Of a stretch of DNA of 64,000 nucleotides, positions 28,142-38,920 are shown in pieces. A program made the position numbers and the translations under genes. Position 1 is the first letter of the stretch. Every line of letters begins with the position of its first letter. This DNA comes from a bacterium. GTDB lineage: Bacteria; Electryoneota; Electryoneia; Electryoneales; Electryoneaceae. Location: contig OY769902.1 of the NCBI GenBank assembly GCA_963669175.1, positions 2,656,001 through 2,720,000 on the forward strand. Reading direction: 5' to 3'. The notes under the pieces are model-generated. The model was not told where the DNA came from and searched no databases. It was given only the letters and a program-made list of their open reading frames with translations.

Positions 28142-30424
28142 CTATTTCATCAGAATCAATCGTTGAATTGAGGTTTGTCCATCAATATCCGCAACCACAA
28201 AGTATATCCCGCTGGATAGCAGACCATTGCAGGCCTGATTGCTGTTCCAATTTAACTCGTGATGCCCCGCGGCAATTTCCCCTGAAATCAGGGTTTGTAC
28301 CCGCTGTCCCAGGATATTAACGATCTCCACCTGGCCGTTCCCTAGTCGTGAAAGGTTCAACGTGATCCGTGTCGAACTGTTGAACGGGTTGGGGTAGGGC
28401 GCGCTCAGATTTACCTGTTGTGGGAGCAAGGATTGGTCTGAGACTTGTTCGTCTACCGAAGTCGGACAGGCTTCGCTGATGTCGAACACTCTGAGGCCTG
28501 TATTGGACGTACAATAGAATCTTTGACCTTCATAGACAATGGAATTAAAGACATCGACATAATCAGGATAATATCCCGTCAGTGCTGGGTGGGCACGATC
28601 TGCTAGATCATAGATCATAAATTCATCTTGACCAGAGCAGTATATAAATAGATATCCCCAGTGAATGGAAATGGCCGATTGATTCTCGAGTAGAATTTCG
28701 TCAACAATTTCAGGTTGTGATGCAATACGAGCATCAATAATCATCAACGAACAGATATAACCATCATCATATTGATAGGCATAGGCATAAAGAAAACCAT
28801 TGTAATATTCACAAAATCTTATGGTATAATTATCCAACGAAAGGGTTGCAATAATTGTGGAATCTGCCGGACGTGTCAAATCGAATACTGTTATCTCATT
28901 TCTAAACGGCGCAAACAGGAAACGATCCGTCCCACAACACCTGTTTGCACCTTCCGGTATCACAAGCCTTTCTTGAAATTGGTCATTTTCAGTATCAAGA
29001 ATGCACATGGATTCATTCCCATATACAGGACCGCAAAATACCACAATTGTAGAGTCGCCTGTCGTCACCATATTTCCAATCACGGGAGCGGTGAATGTAT
29101 CACACGCAACAGGCGTCTGCATGTTGTCCAGATTATACAAGACGACCATGTCATTTCCAGCCTCATTAGAAAGTGCAAGTAGATAGTTGTTTCCGATCAT
29201 GACTTCCGAAAAAACAGTCTCAGTCTCAAGTGTATCAATGACATCCGGAAGCCCGGGTGCGGAAAGATCAAGGATGAAGATGCCCTGTTCTGAATTTGCC
29301 ATATAGCCATAATTATTGAACATACAAATGTCACGTGGACCACCAGGCGCAACTCCAGAAGTGGAAAGCAGCTCAAACCAGTTGTTCTGTCTACTGTAGA
29401 TATCGTAGGATTCACCAGCAGCATGGACAAAATCTCTATCTGCATACCAGACTTTGTGCAACTCACCGATTTCATCAAACAGTCCATACATTTGCGGGGA
29501 TACCGGATTTGTTATATCGTAGATGCGCAACATGTTTCTGTTATACGTCAATTCCAGTAGTCCATTCCTGTATTTCATCTTGTAATCATCATCAGAAAGG
29601 GTAAAACTGCTTTGTAATTCCAGATCATCGTTCTCTTCAGAAAAGGTGTAGATTTCCAGGGTGGCGGGGTGATGAAACCAGGGAACCGTAATCGCATAGA
29701 AGATATCATCCACAATCAATTGCTGAGCGAAACTGTTGAATTCAACATCAGTAAAATCACCGTACAGGTTGTCGATGTAATCCTGTCCTCCGGATAAGTA
29801 GAGAGTTGAATCATGAATAGCAAAATCAACAAAGGGAGTGATATAGTCGCCAACGAATGCTTCGCCTTCATACACTTGCCGAATCGTGTCAGGGTTTGAA
29901 ATGTCATAGATACCAACGGTCACGGTAATGCAGGCAAAGGGCCAATCGGGCGGAGGGGGAGATTCCCACTCGCCACAGATCATGATATAGGGATAACGAA
30001 TGCTTTTTTCCAGGAAACTCGGATTGGAGCCAGTCCCGGCCGGGATTTCCAGTGTATCTAAAGCTATTACCTGGTGATCTTCCTGAACACGGTAGATGAC
30101 CCGTTTGCTGTAAATCAGGTTTTCGTTCACTTGCTCAAATTCAACGGGGAAGCCGTTTGAGTAGTGCGCAGTCTCGACAGGTGAAGCAGGATCGGAAATA
30201 TCCAACCAGGCGTGACCATAGTGCTCGATGCCTAATAATACCGTATCACCAAAGACGGCTATCGATTGGACATCTCCCCAGGACTCGAACATGGTGCCAA
30301 GGCAGGAAACATTCAGGCTGTCCTGGGCATGGGTAACTGAAGAAAAGGGCAAAATGGAAAGAGAAACGAGGATTGAAAGCACAAAAACCTGCGCCAGACG
30401 GAACAACGCATCCTGCTTTACCAT
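28142..30424 (-). CDS. Secreted LVIVD-repeat protein with T9SS/FlgD-type C-terminal sorting domain
   Basis: Signal peptide; repeated (I/L)(Y/L)DI(S/T).P..P units; C-terminal PYPNPFNS...SGIYF...LILMK. Confidence 0.85.
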   Translation of the reverse strand: MVKQDALFRLAQVFVLSILVSLSILPFSSVTHAQDSLNVSCLGTMFESWGDVQSIAVFGDTVLLGIEHYGHAWLDISDPASPVETAHYSNGFPVEFEQVNENLIYSKRVIYRVQEDHQVIALDTLEIPAGTGSNPSFLEKSIRYPYIMICGEWESPPPPDWPFACITVTVGIYDISNPDTIRQVYEGEAFVGDYITPFVDFAIHDSTLYLSGGQDYIDNLYGDFTDVEFNSFAQQLIVDDIFYAITVPWFHHPATLEIYTFSEENDDLELQSSFTLSDDDYKMKYRNGLLELTYNRNMLRIYDITNPVSPQMYGLFDEIGELHKVWYADRDFVHAAGESYDIYSRQNNWFELLSTSGVAPGGPRDICMFNNYGYMANSEQGIFILDLSAPGLPDVIDTLETETVFSEVMIGNNYLLALSNEAGNDMVVLYNLDNMQTPVACDTFTAPVIGNMVTTGDSTIVVFCGPVYGNESMCILDTENDQFQERLVIPEGANRCCGTDRFLFAPFRNEITVFDLTRPADSTIIATLSLDNYTIRFCEYYNGFLYAYAYQYDDGYICSLMIIDARIASQPEIVDEILLENQSAISIHWGYLFIYCSGQDEFMIYDLADRAHPALTGYYPDYVDVFNSIVYEGQRFYCTSNTGLRVFDISEACPTSVDEQVSDQSLLPQQVNLSAPYPNPFNSSTRITLNLSRLGNGQVEIVNILGQRVQTLISGEIAAGHHELNWNSNQACNGLLSSGIYFVVADIDGQTSIQRLILMK

Positions 30425-30563
30425 AATATTCTCCCCCTCAAAGAATAAGTCTTATTGGGCTTTCGCACTCCCCCTTCATAAAACTACTAACAACATTTCG
30501 CTCTTTTCAAGTGATTCTGGCGTATTGAGCAGACTTTTACCAGATGTACAGTAGGGCGATTTC

Positions 30564-31118
30564 TCAGGACGTCAGGTGATCGACCAGAATTCGGACACCG
30601 ATCAGGATGAGGATAATGCCGGCGCTGATCTCCAGCTTGCCAGACAGACGATTGGTGACAAAAGCCGCAGCACGCATGGAAACAGCCGTGAGCAGGGTGG
30701 TGGTGACGCCTATGATTGTGACGGCGAGCGGAATGCCGATGGTTGTGCCCGGAAGCGCCAATCCAGCACCCAGCGCATCGATGCTGACTGCAATGGAGAG
30801 GCCAATCATTCGCCAGCTACGAGTGAGGTCAACTTCGGAAGCGTGTTCGGTGTCGTCGTTACGGTTGAGGATCATGCGAACACCGAGAAAGGCCAGGACG
30901 CCAAACACCAGCCAATGATCCCAGGGGCCGATCCATTTCAGCAGTACCGTACCGGCCAACGCGCTGGCTAATGGGAATAGCGCCTGGAACAGACCGAAAT
31001 GGAAGGAAATACGGAAAAGGGCACGTCCGCTACGGTAACGTAAGCCTAATGCACCACCTACCGCGGTGGCGTCCATCGCCAAAGCAAGGGATAAAACAAG
31101 TACTTCAACCAGCCCCAT
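30564..31118 (-). CDS. mntP: Manganese efflux pump MntP family
   Basis: LALAMDA, FGLFQ, DHW, AVSIDAL.AG. Confidence 0.9.
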   Translation of the reverse strand: MGLVEVLVLSLALAMDATAVGGALGLRYRSGRALFRISFHFGLFQALFPLASALAGTVLLKWIGPWDHWLVFGVLAFLGVRMILNRNDDTEHASEVDLTRSWRMIGLSIAVSIDALGAGLALPGTTIGIPLAVTIIGVTTTLLTAVSMRAAAFVTNRLSGKLEISAGIILILIGVRILVDHLTS

Positions 31119-31608
31119 CAGGGTTCCTGTGTTTGCTTCGTATCAAACAGGCGATTCTTCTCTTATTATGACTCTTGATTACAACATTTCATCCAAAACG
31201 GAAACTATCGTATGCTGTAGTGCCTAAAAACTTGTTTCTCCGCTGTTTAGAATGCGTAAGATATCGACTTGAGTATTCCTTCTTATGATCATTCAGCAAT
31301 AACAAGCGATAAATCTGGTACAGTTACCTTTTCATCAAAGATATTTTCTATATCTTACATCTGTAATCATGAAAAGGTAACAGTACCATTTTTCGCGTGA
31401 TTCCTGCCTGTTCGCAAGAAAAAGGGTACAGCCACCTTTCCCGAACCATATACACACCGGGACCACTTGATTCCAGGGAAAGGAAACTGTCCCCTTTTTC
31501 CATATCCTCTTTCTATATCACCAATAGATCGATCGTTTGATACTATCATGACGGTTTATTTTCAAGAGTAGCTATATTTTATCCTAATTCCTAATTCCTA
31601 ATTAAGCT

Positions 31609-33735
31609 CTATCCCACTTTGATCCATTGCATTTTGTCTTTCGCCATTTCCTGGAACGCTTCCCGGAGTTCCGGCCAGGTCCGCAGGGTGACATCTTTGT
31701 TGATCAGTTCGTCGGCAGCGTGGCGGGCGCGCATGAGGAGCTGCTGATCGTTGACGATATCCGCGAATTTCAGTTCCGGCATGCCATGTTGACGTGTGCC
31801 GAAGACATCCCCGCTGCCACGCAGGCGCAGGTCTTCTTCCGCGATGACGAAGCCGTCGAGAGTATTGATCATCGTCTTGATACGTGAACGCGCTACTTCA
31901 GTTACCGGCGGATAGCCCACGAGGTAACAACGGCTGTCGTTGCCGCCACGTCCGACTCGTCCACGTAACTGGTGCAACTGCGACAGGCCGAACCGTTCCG
32001 AGTGCTCGATCACCATTTCCGTAGCTTCCGGCACATCCACGCCGACTTCTACTACCGTGGTCGATACCAGTGCCGCCGCCTGTCCTGAGGCAAACTTCTG
32101 CATGGCAGCTTCTTTCTCGTCCATCTTCATCCGGCCATGCAGCAATTCAACAGGCAGGCCTTTCAATGGTCCATTTATCAGTTCTTCACGTCCCTCGACA
32201 GCCGCTTGCAGATCCAACTTCTCCGATTCCTCAACGAGGGGGAAGATGATGTAGGCGCGTCCACCTTTTTCCAGGCGTTTGCGGATACGGCGATACAAGT
32301 CATCACGTTGATTGTCGCCGTTGATGGCCTGCGTGGTGATCTTCCCGCGTCCCGGGGGCATCTCATCAAGCCTGCTGACCTCAAGATCACCGTACATGGT
32401 CAACGCCAGCGAGCGTGGGATCGGGGTAGCGGTCATAACCAGGACATCCGGCTTCTGCTTCAGGCCGGGGTCCATCAGTTTCTGACGTTGTGCTACTCCG
32501 AAACGGTGCTGTTCATCTATGACTGTCAGCCCGAGGTTGGGCAGGATGACCGAATCCTGGATAATGGCGTGAGTGCCGATCACGATACATGGTTCCCCGG
32601 AATCGAGACGGGGCAGGATTTCTTTCCGTTCAGCCGCCTTGGTTGATCCGGTCAGAAGATAGACCTGAACGCCAAGCCCCTCAAGGAATTTTCGACTGGT
32701 CAGGTAATGCTGTTCCGCCAGGATTTCTGTGGGCGCCATAAGCGCTGCCTGATAACCGTTTTCCACGGCTATACTCATGGCTATCAGCGCTACAACCGTC
32801 TTCCCCGAACCAACATCGCCCTGTAACAGGCGGCTCATCGGATGGGGGGAGGTCATGTCATTCCAGATCTCACGCAATACCCGTTTCTGGGCATTGGTCA
32901 AGTCAAAAGGCAGCTTTTTGTTGATCAGGTCACGTGTCTGGTCGCCAACCTGCGGATAAGCGATGCCGGATTCTTTCTGCTTCCGTTTATACCGGGTATA
33001 TCCCCACATGAGTTGCAGAAATACGAGTTCGTCAAACTTGAACCGTTCCAGTCCTTTTTCCAGCTCCTGCTGGTTGTGAGGACGATGGACTGCGTTCAGC
33101 GCTTCACGTATTGGCATCAGGTTAAAACGGTTCAGCAATTCTGTAGACCACATCTCTGTAATGGAATTGCCGAACTCACCGATAATACGTTCCATCAGTT
33201 TTCGCAGGCCGCGCGCATCCAGCCCGGCATTTTCGAACTCCTTGCCGCCTGGATAGAGCGCTACCCATCGTCCACTTCCGGATTTCAGATCTTCCGCTTC
33301 TCCTTTGGACAGGTATGTAACTTCCGGATGCGCCATTTGCAGCTCGAAACCGAACTGCTTGACCACTCCGGAAAATGCAGCGGTATAGCCGAATTTGATC
33401 CATTTTTTTATCTGGTTGGTACGTCGGAACCAGACCAGCTTGATAGCGCCGCCGCTGCCGTCTTCCAGGATGGCTTCGTACCGGGTTTTGCCTTTGGCTT
33501 TAACTTCTCGCGTGTCGGCAATGGTGCCGATAACCGTGATCTCGCCATTGGATGGCCCCTGCAGGGAGTTGAGCTGGGTTGTATGAGTACGATCCAGGTA
33601 ACGACGCGGGAAGAAGAGGAGAAGATCCCGAAGAGTGCGTACCCCGGCCTTTTCGAACGGCACCGCTTTTTTTACCCCGATGCTCCGTACGAATCGTACC
33701 GATAAATTCAATGGCGCTGCTTTTTGACTACTCAA
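31609..33735 (-). CDS. recG: ATP-dependent DNA helicase RecG
   Basis: RLLQGDVGSGKT, DEQHRFG, TATPIPR, QLRGRVGRG. Confidence 0.98.
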   Translation of the reverse strand: MSSQKAAPLNLSVRFVRSIGVKKAVPFEKAGVRTLRDLLLFFPRRYLDRTHTTQLNSLQGPSNGEITVIGTIADTREVKAKGKTRYEAILEDGSGGAIKLVWFRRTNQIKKWIKFGYTAAFSGVVKQFGFELQMAHPEVTYLSKGEAEDLKSGSGRWVALYPGGKEFENAGLDARGLRKLMERIIGEFGNSITEMWSTELLNRFNLMPIREALNAVHRPHNQQELEKGLERFKFDELVFLQLMWGYTRYKRKQKESGIAYPQVGDQTRDLINKKLPFDLTNAQKRVLREIWNDMTSPHPMSRLLQGDVGSGKTVVALIAMSIAVENGYQAALMAPTEILAEQHYLTSRKFLEGLGVQVYLLTGSTKAAERKEILPRLDSGEPCIVIGTHAIIQDSVILPNLGLTVIDEQHRFGVAQRQKLMDPGLKQKPDVLVMTATPIPRSLALTMYGDLEVSRLDEMPPGRGKITTQAINGDNQRDDLYRRIRKRLEKGGRAYIIFPLVEESEKLDLQAAVEGREELINGPLKGLPVELLHGRMKMDEKEAAMQKFASGQAAALVSTTVVEVGVDVPEATEMVIEHSERFGLSQLHQLRGRVGRGGNDSRCYLVGYPPVTEVARSRIKTMINTLDGFVIAEEDLRLRGSGDVFGTRQHGMPELKFADIVNDQQLLMRARHAADELINKDVTLRTWPELREAFQEMAKDKMQWIKVG

Positions 33736-33802
33736 CGGCTTTCTGTCCTCTCACTCATGCTACTAACCAAGTATTTTGCCCGTCTGCCAGCCAGCCGGGT
33801 AT

Positions 33803-33828
33803 CGTCATTCCCGCGAAGGCGGGAATCT
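33803..33828 (+). repeat. CGTC-tagged palindrome
   Basis: CGTCATTCCCGCGAAGGCGGGAATCT. Confidence 0.75.
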
Positions 33829-33900
33829 ACTCCCTTTGAATTACAGAGTAATACTTGTTGCAACGTACAGTTCGTCTTCACTGGAAAAAGTGTTAGTCTC

Positions 33901-35253
33901 TTACCAGGCCTTTACCCGGTATTTCAACATGATTTCGCCATCTGCAGGAACCGGGACATTCCATTTGTAGGTACGGGAATCGGTTTTCCGGCCCTTGATG
34001 GATTCATTTTCTATGGACCAATTGGCATAATTGTGTTCAACCACGACAATAGTCACGGCTTCCTTCTTATGGTTGCGCAACGACAATTCCACTTCGTACT
34101 CGTAAACATTGCCGCGACGCACTTCATTGGTGACAACACGTTCGGCAACGAGGTCAAACGCTTTCCCGGTGACAAGTTGGATATCCTCATCACGTGGAGT
34201 ATGGTCGATATTGTCCTCACCGATGAATTCAAGGTTACCGTCGGAATCACGCTTCATCAAACGAACCAGTCCCTTGGGCAGAGGCAGGCCAAGCCCGTTT
34301 TCTTCCGAGTTCGTGAATTCCATGCTTACTGTGATCTTGGTCTGATCAACGCGGTTGTCGTAAGTGAAAACCTTTTTCGCTGGCGTACTTGCCGGCTCGA
34401 ACAGGCTGATCTGCTTCTGTTGATTGTGTTTGATCGTAACAGGGCGTGGCAGGGTATAGAGGTGGTATTCGAAGAATTCCTTCTCTGCGAACCCCTCATC
34501 CAGGGCAAAAAAGTCTACCGTATTGGCCTCCATGTAGCCACCTGCTTTACGCCCACGCACTTGTTGCAATACCTGCACATCACCAGCCATCAGTTTCAGC
34601 CTGGCGTTTTCATATGTAGCGCCGGAACGGTTGTCCATCTGAACCCAACCGGCCAGATCAATCGCGTCATCGTTGGCGGAGATCACGGCCACATAGCTTG
34701 CATTCCAGGAAATACCACGAGTAATGTAGGACAGATCGGCTTCCATCTTACCGGCCTTGTTCGCCACCAGTAACCAGCGCAAGGTCGGTTTGAGCATGAG
34801 ACCATCCGGCAAGGCGGGAAAATCAATACTGGTGATGGAAGCGTGGGTGATGGAACGGATGCGTCCGTCTTTCTCTTCCACGATTACCGGAGGACCGGCG
34901 CTGAGCAAACGTCCACGCACCAGGCCGCCCTGTTCAACCAGTTGAATCTCAATCTGTTCACCGATGTACTTGCTCATCAGGGCCGTATTGTCGACCAGGT
35001 CGTACTCGTAGTTCTGCTCGAGAATCTTCAGCCCTTTACCTTTTAGCAGAACCGAGGTTGGATCAATCTGGCTGGCTACACCGTCGTATGAGAATTCCTG
35101 CACGCCCTTTTCCAGGTCCAGGGTGCGTTTCTGACGTACCAGCGCCATGCCCTGGTTGTATACGGTAATAGCCGTGGTCGGCTCTTCGGCCAGTGCAACA
35201 ACGGCAAGACAAAGCAGGATAGCAGAAGTCACCAAAGTTTTTGGATGTTTCAT
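33901..35253 (-). CDS. DUF4139-domain exported protein
   Basis: Signal peptide, ITVYNQ..ALVR, EQNYEYDL, EYHLYTL, FIGED.IDHTP. Confidence 0.85.
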   Translation of the reverse strand: MKHPKTLVTSAILLCLAVVALAEEPTTAITVYNQGMALVRQKRTLDLEKGVQEFSYDGVASQIDPTSVLLKGKGLKILEQNYEYDLVDNTALMSKYIGEQIEIQLVEQGGLVRGRLLSAGPPVIVEEKDGRIRSITHASITSIDFPALPDGLMLKPTLRWLLVANKAGKMEADLSYITRGISWNASYVAVISANDDAIDLAGWVQMDNRSGATYENARLKLMAGDVQVLQQVRGRKAGGYMEANTVDFFALDEGFAEKEFFEYHLYTLPRPVTIKHNQQKQISLFEPASTPAKKVFTYDNRVDQTKITVSMEFTNSEENGLGLPLPKGLVRLMKRDSDGNLEFIGEDNIDHTPRDEDIQLVTGKAFDLVAERVVTNEVRRGNVYEYEVELSLRNHKKEAVTIVVVEHNYANWSIENESIKGRKTDSRTYKWNVPVPADGEIMLKYRVKAW

Positions 35254-35496
35254 CAGTTCCTCCCGAGTAGTTGGCAAATCACTGCAAACAGTACCGGCTC
35301 GATTTGTAAACATCAATCTGCACAAGACAAAGCAGGATGGTATTAAAATAACCATCCTGAGTATCCTTTACATCCTTTGCATCCTGTAAATTCAAATTTT
35401 ACAAGTCGGGACTCAGACCCGATTGAATAGACCGAGAACTTGCTTCCGGTTCTTACAATGCGAGAAAAAACAACTTCTCTTGACAAGCATTTTGCT

Positions 35497-35570
35497 GAAA
35501 CCCGACAGCAAGCAGTCGGGCCAAGCGAATTTCATTGTATTGAAACCCGACAGCAAGCAGTCGGGCCACA
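35497..35570 (-). repeat. Two GTGG-type REP-like palindromes
   Basis: TGAAACCCGACAGCAAGCAGTCGGGCCA twice; same family at 40696-40762. Confidence 0.85.
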
Positions 35571-35623
35571 CAATGTCTTATCCTGTAAATTCTGAATCAA
35601 TCCTGTTCATCTTGTGAATCGAT

Positions 35624-38287
35624 TTACCCCAGGTCGGCCAGGTGCGCTTCCAGTTTCTTGACCTTGGCTTCGAAGTCAGCCAGTTTGTCACGTTCGTGCT
35701 GAACCACATCAGCCGGGGCGTTGTTCACGAATTTCTCGTTCTTCAGTTTCCCGGTGATGCCTTTCAGCAGGCCCTTCAATTTGCCGATTTCCTTTTCGAC
35801 ACGAGCTTTTTCCGCGTCAAGGTCGATCAGGCCCGCGAGGGGGACATACAGCTCACGTCCCTCGACAACCGTGGTCGCGGACTGAGAAGGTTTCGAATCG
35901 GTAACTTCCGGCCCTTCGCCCTGGAGTTTTGCCAACCTGCTGATCATCTGCCATTCACGTTCGATCAGGGCCAGTCTCGGCTCACCATTATTCACGGCAA
36001 TACGAGCGTCCTTGGAAGGCGGCACCTGCAATTCACCGCGTACGTTCCGTACCGCGCTGATCAGCTCCTGCACATAGCCGAATTCTTCCACAGCGACTCG
36101 GTCGGTTCCGGACTCATCAAATACCGGATAAGCAGCTACTGCCACCGATTCGCTGCGATCTTCCGGCCAGTTCACACCTTCCACCTGTACCAGCAGGCTA
36201 TAGATCTCTTCCGTGATATAGGGCATGAAAGGATGAAGCAGACGGACAATTTTATCCATCATGCCATAGGCGAAACGCAGCGTAGCGTCGCCCTGTTCGG
36301 CATCGGGGGAATCCTGGGCAATACGTGGCTTGATTGCTTCTATGTACCAGTCACAGAAATCGTTCCAGGTGAACCGGTAGATCGCCAGCAGCGCTTCATT
36401 CAGTTTGTATTTCTTCAAATATTTCCGAACATCATCAGCAGTCTGATTAAAGCGTCCTTCGATCCATTTATCCACGAGCTGCGGCTGGAACTCAGCGAAT
36501 TTCTCCGGATTCCGGAAATTGTAGGTCGCCAGGAAACGGAACGAATTCCACAGCTTGTTGGCGAAGTTACGGCCCATCTCAAAGCGGGTCGGGTCGAGGT
36601 TAATGTCCTGACCTTCTGTGGTCAGCACGACCAGGCTGTAACGGACAGCATCGGCGCCGTACTGGTCAATCATTTCCAGAGGATCAATGCCGTTACCCAG
36701 GGATTTGGACATCCAGCGGCCCTGCTTATCCTTGATCATACCGGTGATGTACACGGTGTCGTATGGGATCTGGCCGGTGAAATGCAGGTCAGCCATGATC
36801 ATCCGCGCGATCCAGAAGAAGATGATGTCGTAGCCGCTGACCAGTACGTTGGTCGGGTGATAGAAGTCCAGCTCCTTGGTCTTGTCCGGCCAGCCCAGGG
36901 TAGAGAAGGGCCACAACCAGCTCGAGAACCAGGTATCCAGCACGTCCTCATCCTGACGGATACGTTCGCTGCCGCACTTTTCGCATTTGGTTGGATCTTC
37001 ACGGTTGACCGTTACATGGTCACAATCCGCGCAATACCATGCCGGGATACGGTGACCCCACCAGAGCTGACGGCTGATGCACCAGTCCCGGATATTTTCC
37101 AACCACTGGTAGTAGACCTTCTCCCAGCGTGGTGGAACAAACTTGATCTCGCCGTTACGGACCACATCCAGGGCCGGATCGGCGAGTGGTTTCATCTTCA
37201 GGAACCACTGGGTTGACAGATAAGGCTCAATCGGCACCTTGCTACGGTTGCAATAGCCGACCGCGTGCATATGCTTCTCGATTTTGACCAGCAAGCCCGC
37301 TTCCTCGAGGTCTTTAACGATAGCGTCACGCGCTTCGAAACGGTCCATCCCGATGTATTTATCCGGCGCTGGCGCACAGATCTTTGCCGATGTATCCAGG
37401 ATGATCGGCATGGGCAGGTTGTGGCGTTTGCCCACTTCGAAGTCATTGGGATCATGCGCCGGGGTAACCTTCACACATCCGGTCCCGAATTCACGGTCCA
37501 CATAATCATCTTCAATTACGGGAATGGTGCGTCCGGTCAGGGGTAATTGCACTTCCTTACCCTTGAGATGAGTGTAGCGTTCATCTTCCGGATGAATCAT
37601 TACCGCGGTGTCGCCCAGCATCGTTTCCGGACGTGTGGTAGCGACAACAACCCCTTCGCTGCCGTCAACACCGGGATAACGGATGTGCCAGAGATGGCCT
37701 TCTTCGTCCTTGTGATCCACCTCTTCATCGCTGATCGCCGATTGCAAGGCAGGGGACCAGTTCACGATATACGGACCACGATAAACAAGGCCTTCTTCGT
37801 AGAGCTTAACGAACACTTCACGAACCGCCTTGGACAGGCCGTCATCGAGGGTGAAGCGTTCACGGCTCCAGTCCGCGGAGTCCCCAAGCGCCGCCTTCTG
37901 GCGGGTGATGGTGTCACGGTTACGCGCGACAACTTTCCAGACTTCTTCGACAAACTTTTCCCGTCCCAGTTCGGCGCGAGTCGGCATGCCGTTCTTCTTC
38001 AGCTCTTTCTCGGTCACGGTCTGGGTGGCGATGCCGGCGTGATCCTTGCCTGCCTGCCAGTGAGATTCGAAGCCCATCATGCGATGATAGCGAATCAAAG
38101 CGTCCTGGATAGAGTCCTGAAGGGCGTGCCCCATGTGCAATACGCCCGTCACATTTGGCGGCGGCATCATGATGCAATAGGATTTTTTGTCCGGATTCGG
38201 CTGTGTATCAAACAGGTGGTTTTCCTGCCACCATTCGGTCCACTTGGGCTCGACCTGCTTGGGGTCGTATAACTTCGGGATGTCCAC
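35624..38287 (-). CDS. valS: Valine--tRNA ligase
   Basis: PPPNVTG.LHMGH, ATTRPET, DWCISRQLWWGH, WMSKS, C-terminal coiled coil; GTG start with GGAG RBS. Confidence 0.98.
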   Translation of the reverse strand: MDIPKLYDPKQVEPKWTEWWQENHLFDTQPNPDKKSYCIMMPPPNVTGVLHMGHALQDSIQDALIRYHRMMGFESHWQAGKDHAGIATQTVTEKELKKNGMPTRAELGREKFVEEVWKVVARNRDTITRQKAALGDSADWSRERFTLDDGLSKAVREVFVKLYEEGLVYRGPYIVNWSPALQSAISDEEVDHKDEEGHLWHIRYPGVDGSEGVVVATTRPETMLGDTAVMIHPEDERYTHLKGKEVQLPLTGRTIPVIEDDYVDREFGTGCVKVTPAHDPNDFEVGKRHNLPMPIILDTSAKICAPAPDKYIGMDRFEARDAIVKDLEEAGLLVKIEKHMHAVGYCNRSKVPIEPYLSTQWFLKMKPLADPALDVVRNGEIKFVPPRWEKVYYQWLENIRDWCISRQLWWGHRIPAWYCADCDHVTVNREDPTKCEKCGSERIRQDEDVLDTWFSSWLWPFSTLGWPDKTKELDFYHPTNVLVSGYDIIFFWIARMIMADLHFTGQIPYDTVYITGMIKDKQGRWMSKSLGNGIDPLEMIDQYGADAVRYSLVVLTTEGQDINLDPTRFEMGRNFANKLWNSFRFLATYNFRNPEKFAEFQPQLVDKWIEGRFNQTADDVRKYLKKYKLNEALLAIYRFTWNDFCDWYIEAIKPRIAQDSPDAEQGDATLRFAYGMMDKIVRLLHPFMPYITEEIYSLLVQVEGVNWPEDRSESVAVAAYPVFDESGTDRVAVEEFGYVQELISAVRNVRGELQVPPSKDARIAVNNGEPRLALIEREWQMISRLAKLQGEGPEVTDSKPSQSATTVVEGRELYVPLAGLIDLDAEKARVEKEIGKLKGLLKGITGKLKNEKFVNNAPADVVQHERDKLADFEAKVKKLEAHLADLG

Positions 38288-38381
38288 GGTTGTCTGCTCC
38301 AAATACTTCGGATTTACGGATTTCAGGTTTAAAAACAAGTTGTCACCACTTCAGCTCAAAGAGTTACACTGAACCGAAATA

Positions 38382-38570
38382 CTCTTATCCCAGCGAAGCA
38401 AGGTGCCTCAGAATCACTGATACTCTCATCCCAGCGAAGGCTGGGATCCAGGCAAGTATCTATGTGTGAAAGAGAAGAACCTTTCTACATCACACAATGC
38501 GACGTGCAGAAATTCCCGCTTGTACGAATGTCGCAAGATGACTGGATTCCTGCCTGCGCAGGAATGAGAG
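38382..38570. repeat. Inverted pair of hairpins related to the CGTC/GTCAT-tagged family
   Basis: CTCTCATCCCAGCGAAGGCTGGGATCCAG versus CTGGATTCCTGCCTGCGCAGGAATGAGAG, plus a partial copy at 38382. Confidence 0.75.
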
Positions 38571-38920
38571 TGTTATTGAGTCTGAGTAATCTTGAGAATC
38601 GTACATCACTTTCCATAAAGCTGCAATCCTCTGGTCACTCGTAACGTAAAACTCTCAAGACTTGGAAGATACAAAAGAAGTAAGGGAGGGAACAGACCTG
38701 ATTTCAGAGGGAGACGAGGAGGTAGATGCTGTATTTCCAAAACAGTAGGGTGAATTCACAAGATGAACAGGCCAGGTAATGATAAACAACCGGTCAGCGC
38801 ATGAGTAGGTCTACCTGCACAGGATGCCAGTTACAGGAAAGGTATCAGGAGAACGATTGTGAAAAGGAGCCAACTAATTCTACGAGCCCAATGCACTGGG
38901 ATTTACCCGTTAGCGGGCGA

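Noticed and set aside
35642-37216. Long antisense ORFs (also 5303-6478, 18478-19377, 33724-34773, 49547-50578, 52339-53328)
   Set aside because: They are shadow frames of well-supported genes.
38290-38700. T-box leader upstream of valS
   Set aside because: No T-box consensus was found; the structure is explained by the inverted repeat pair.
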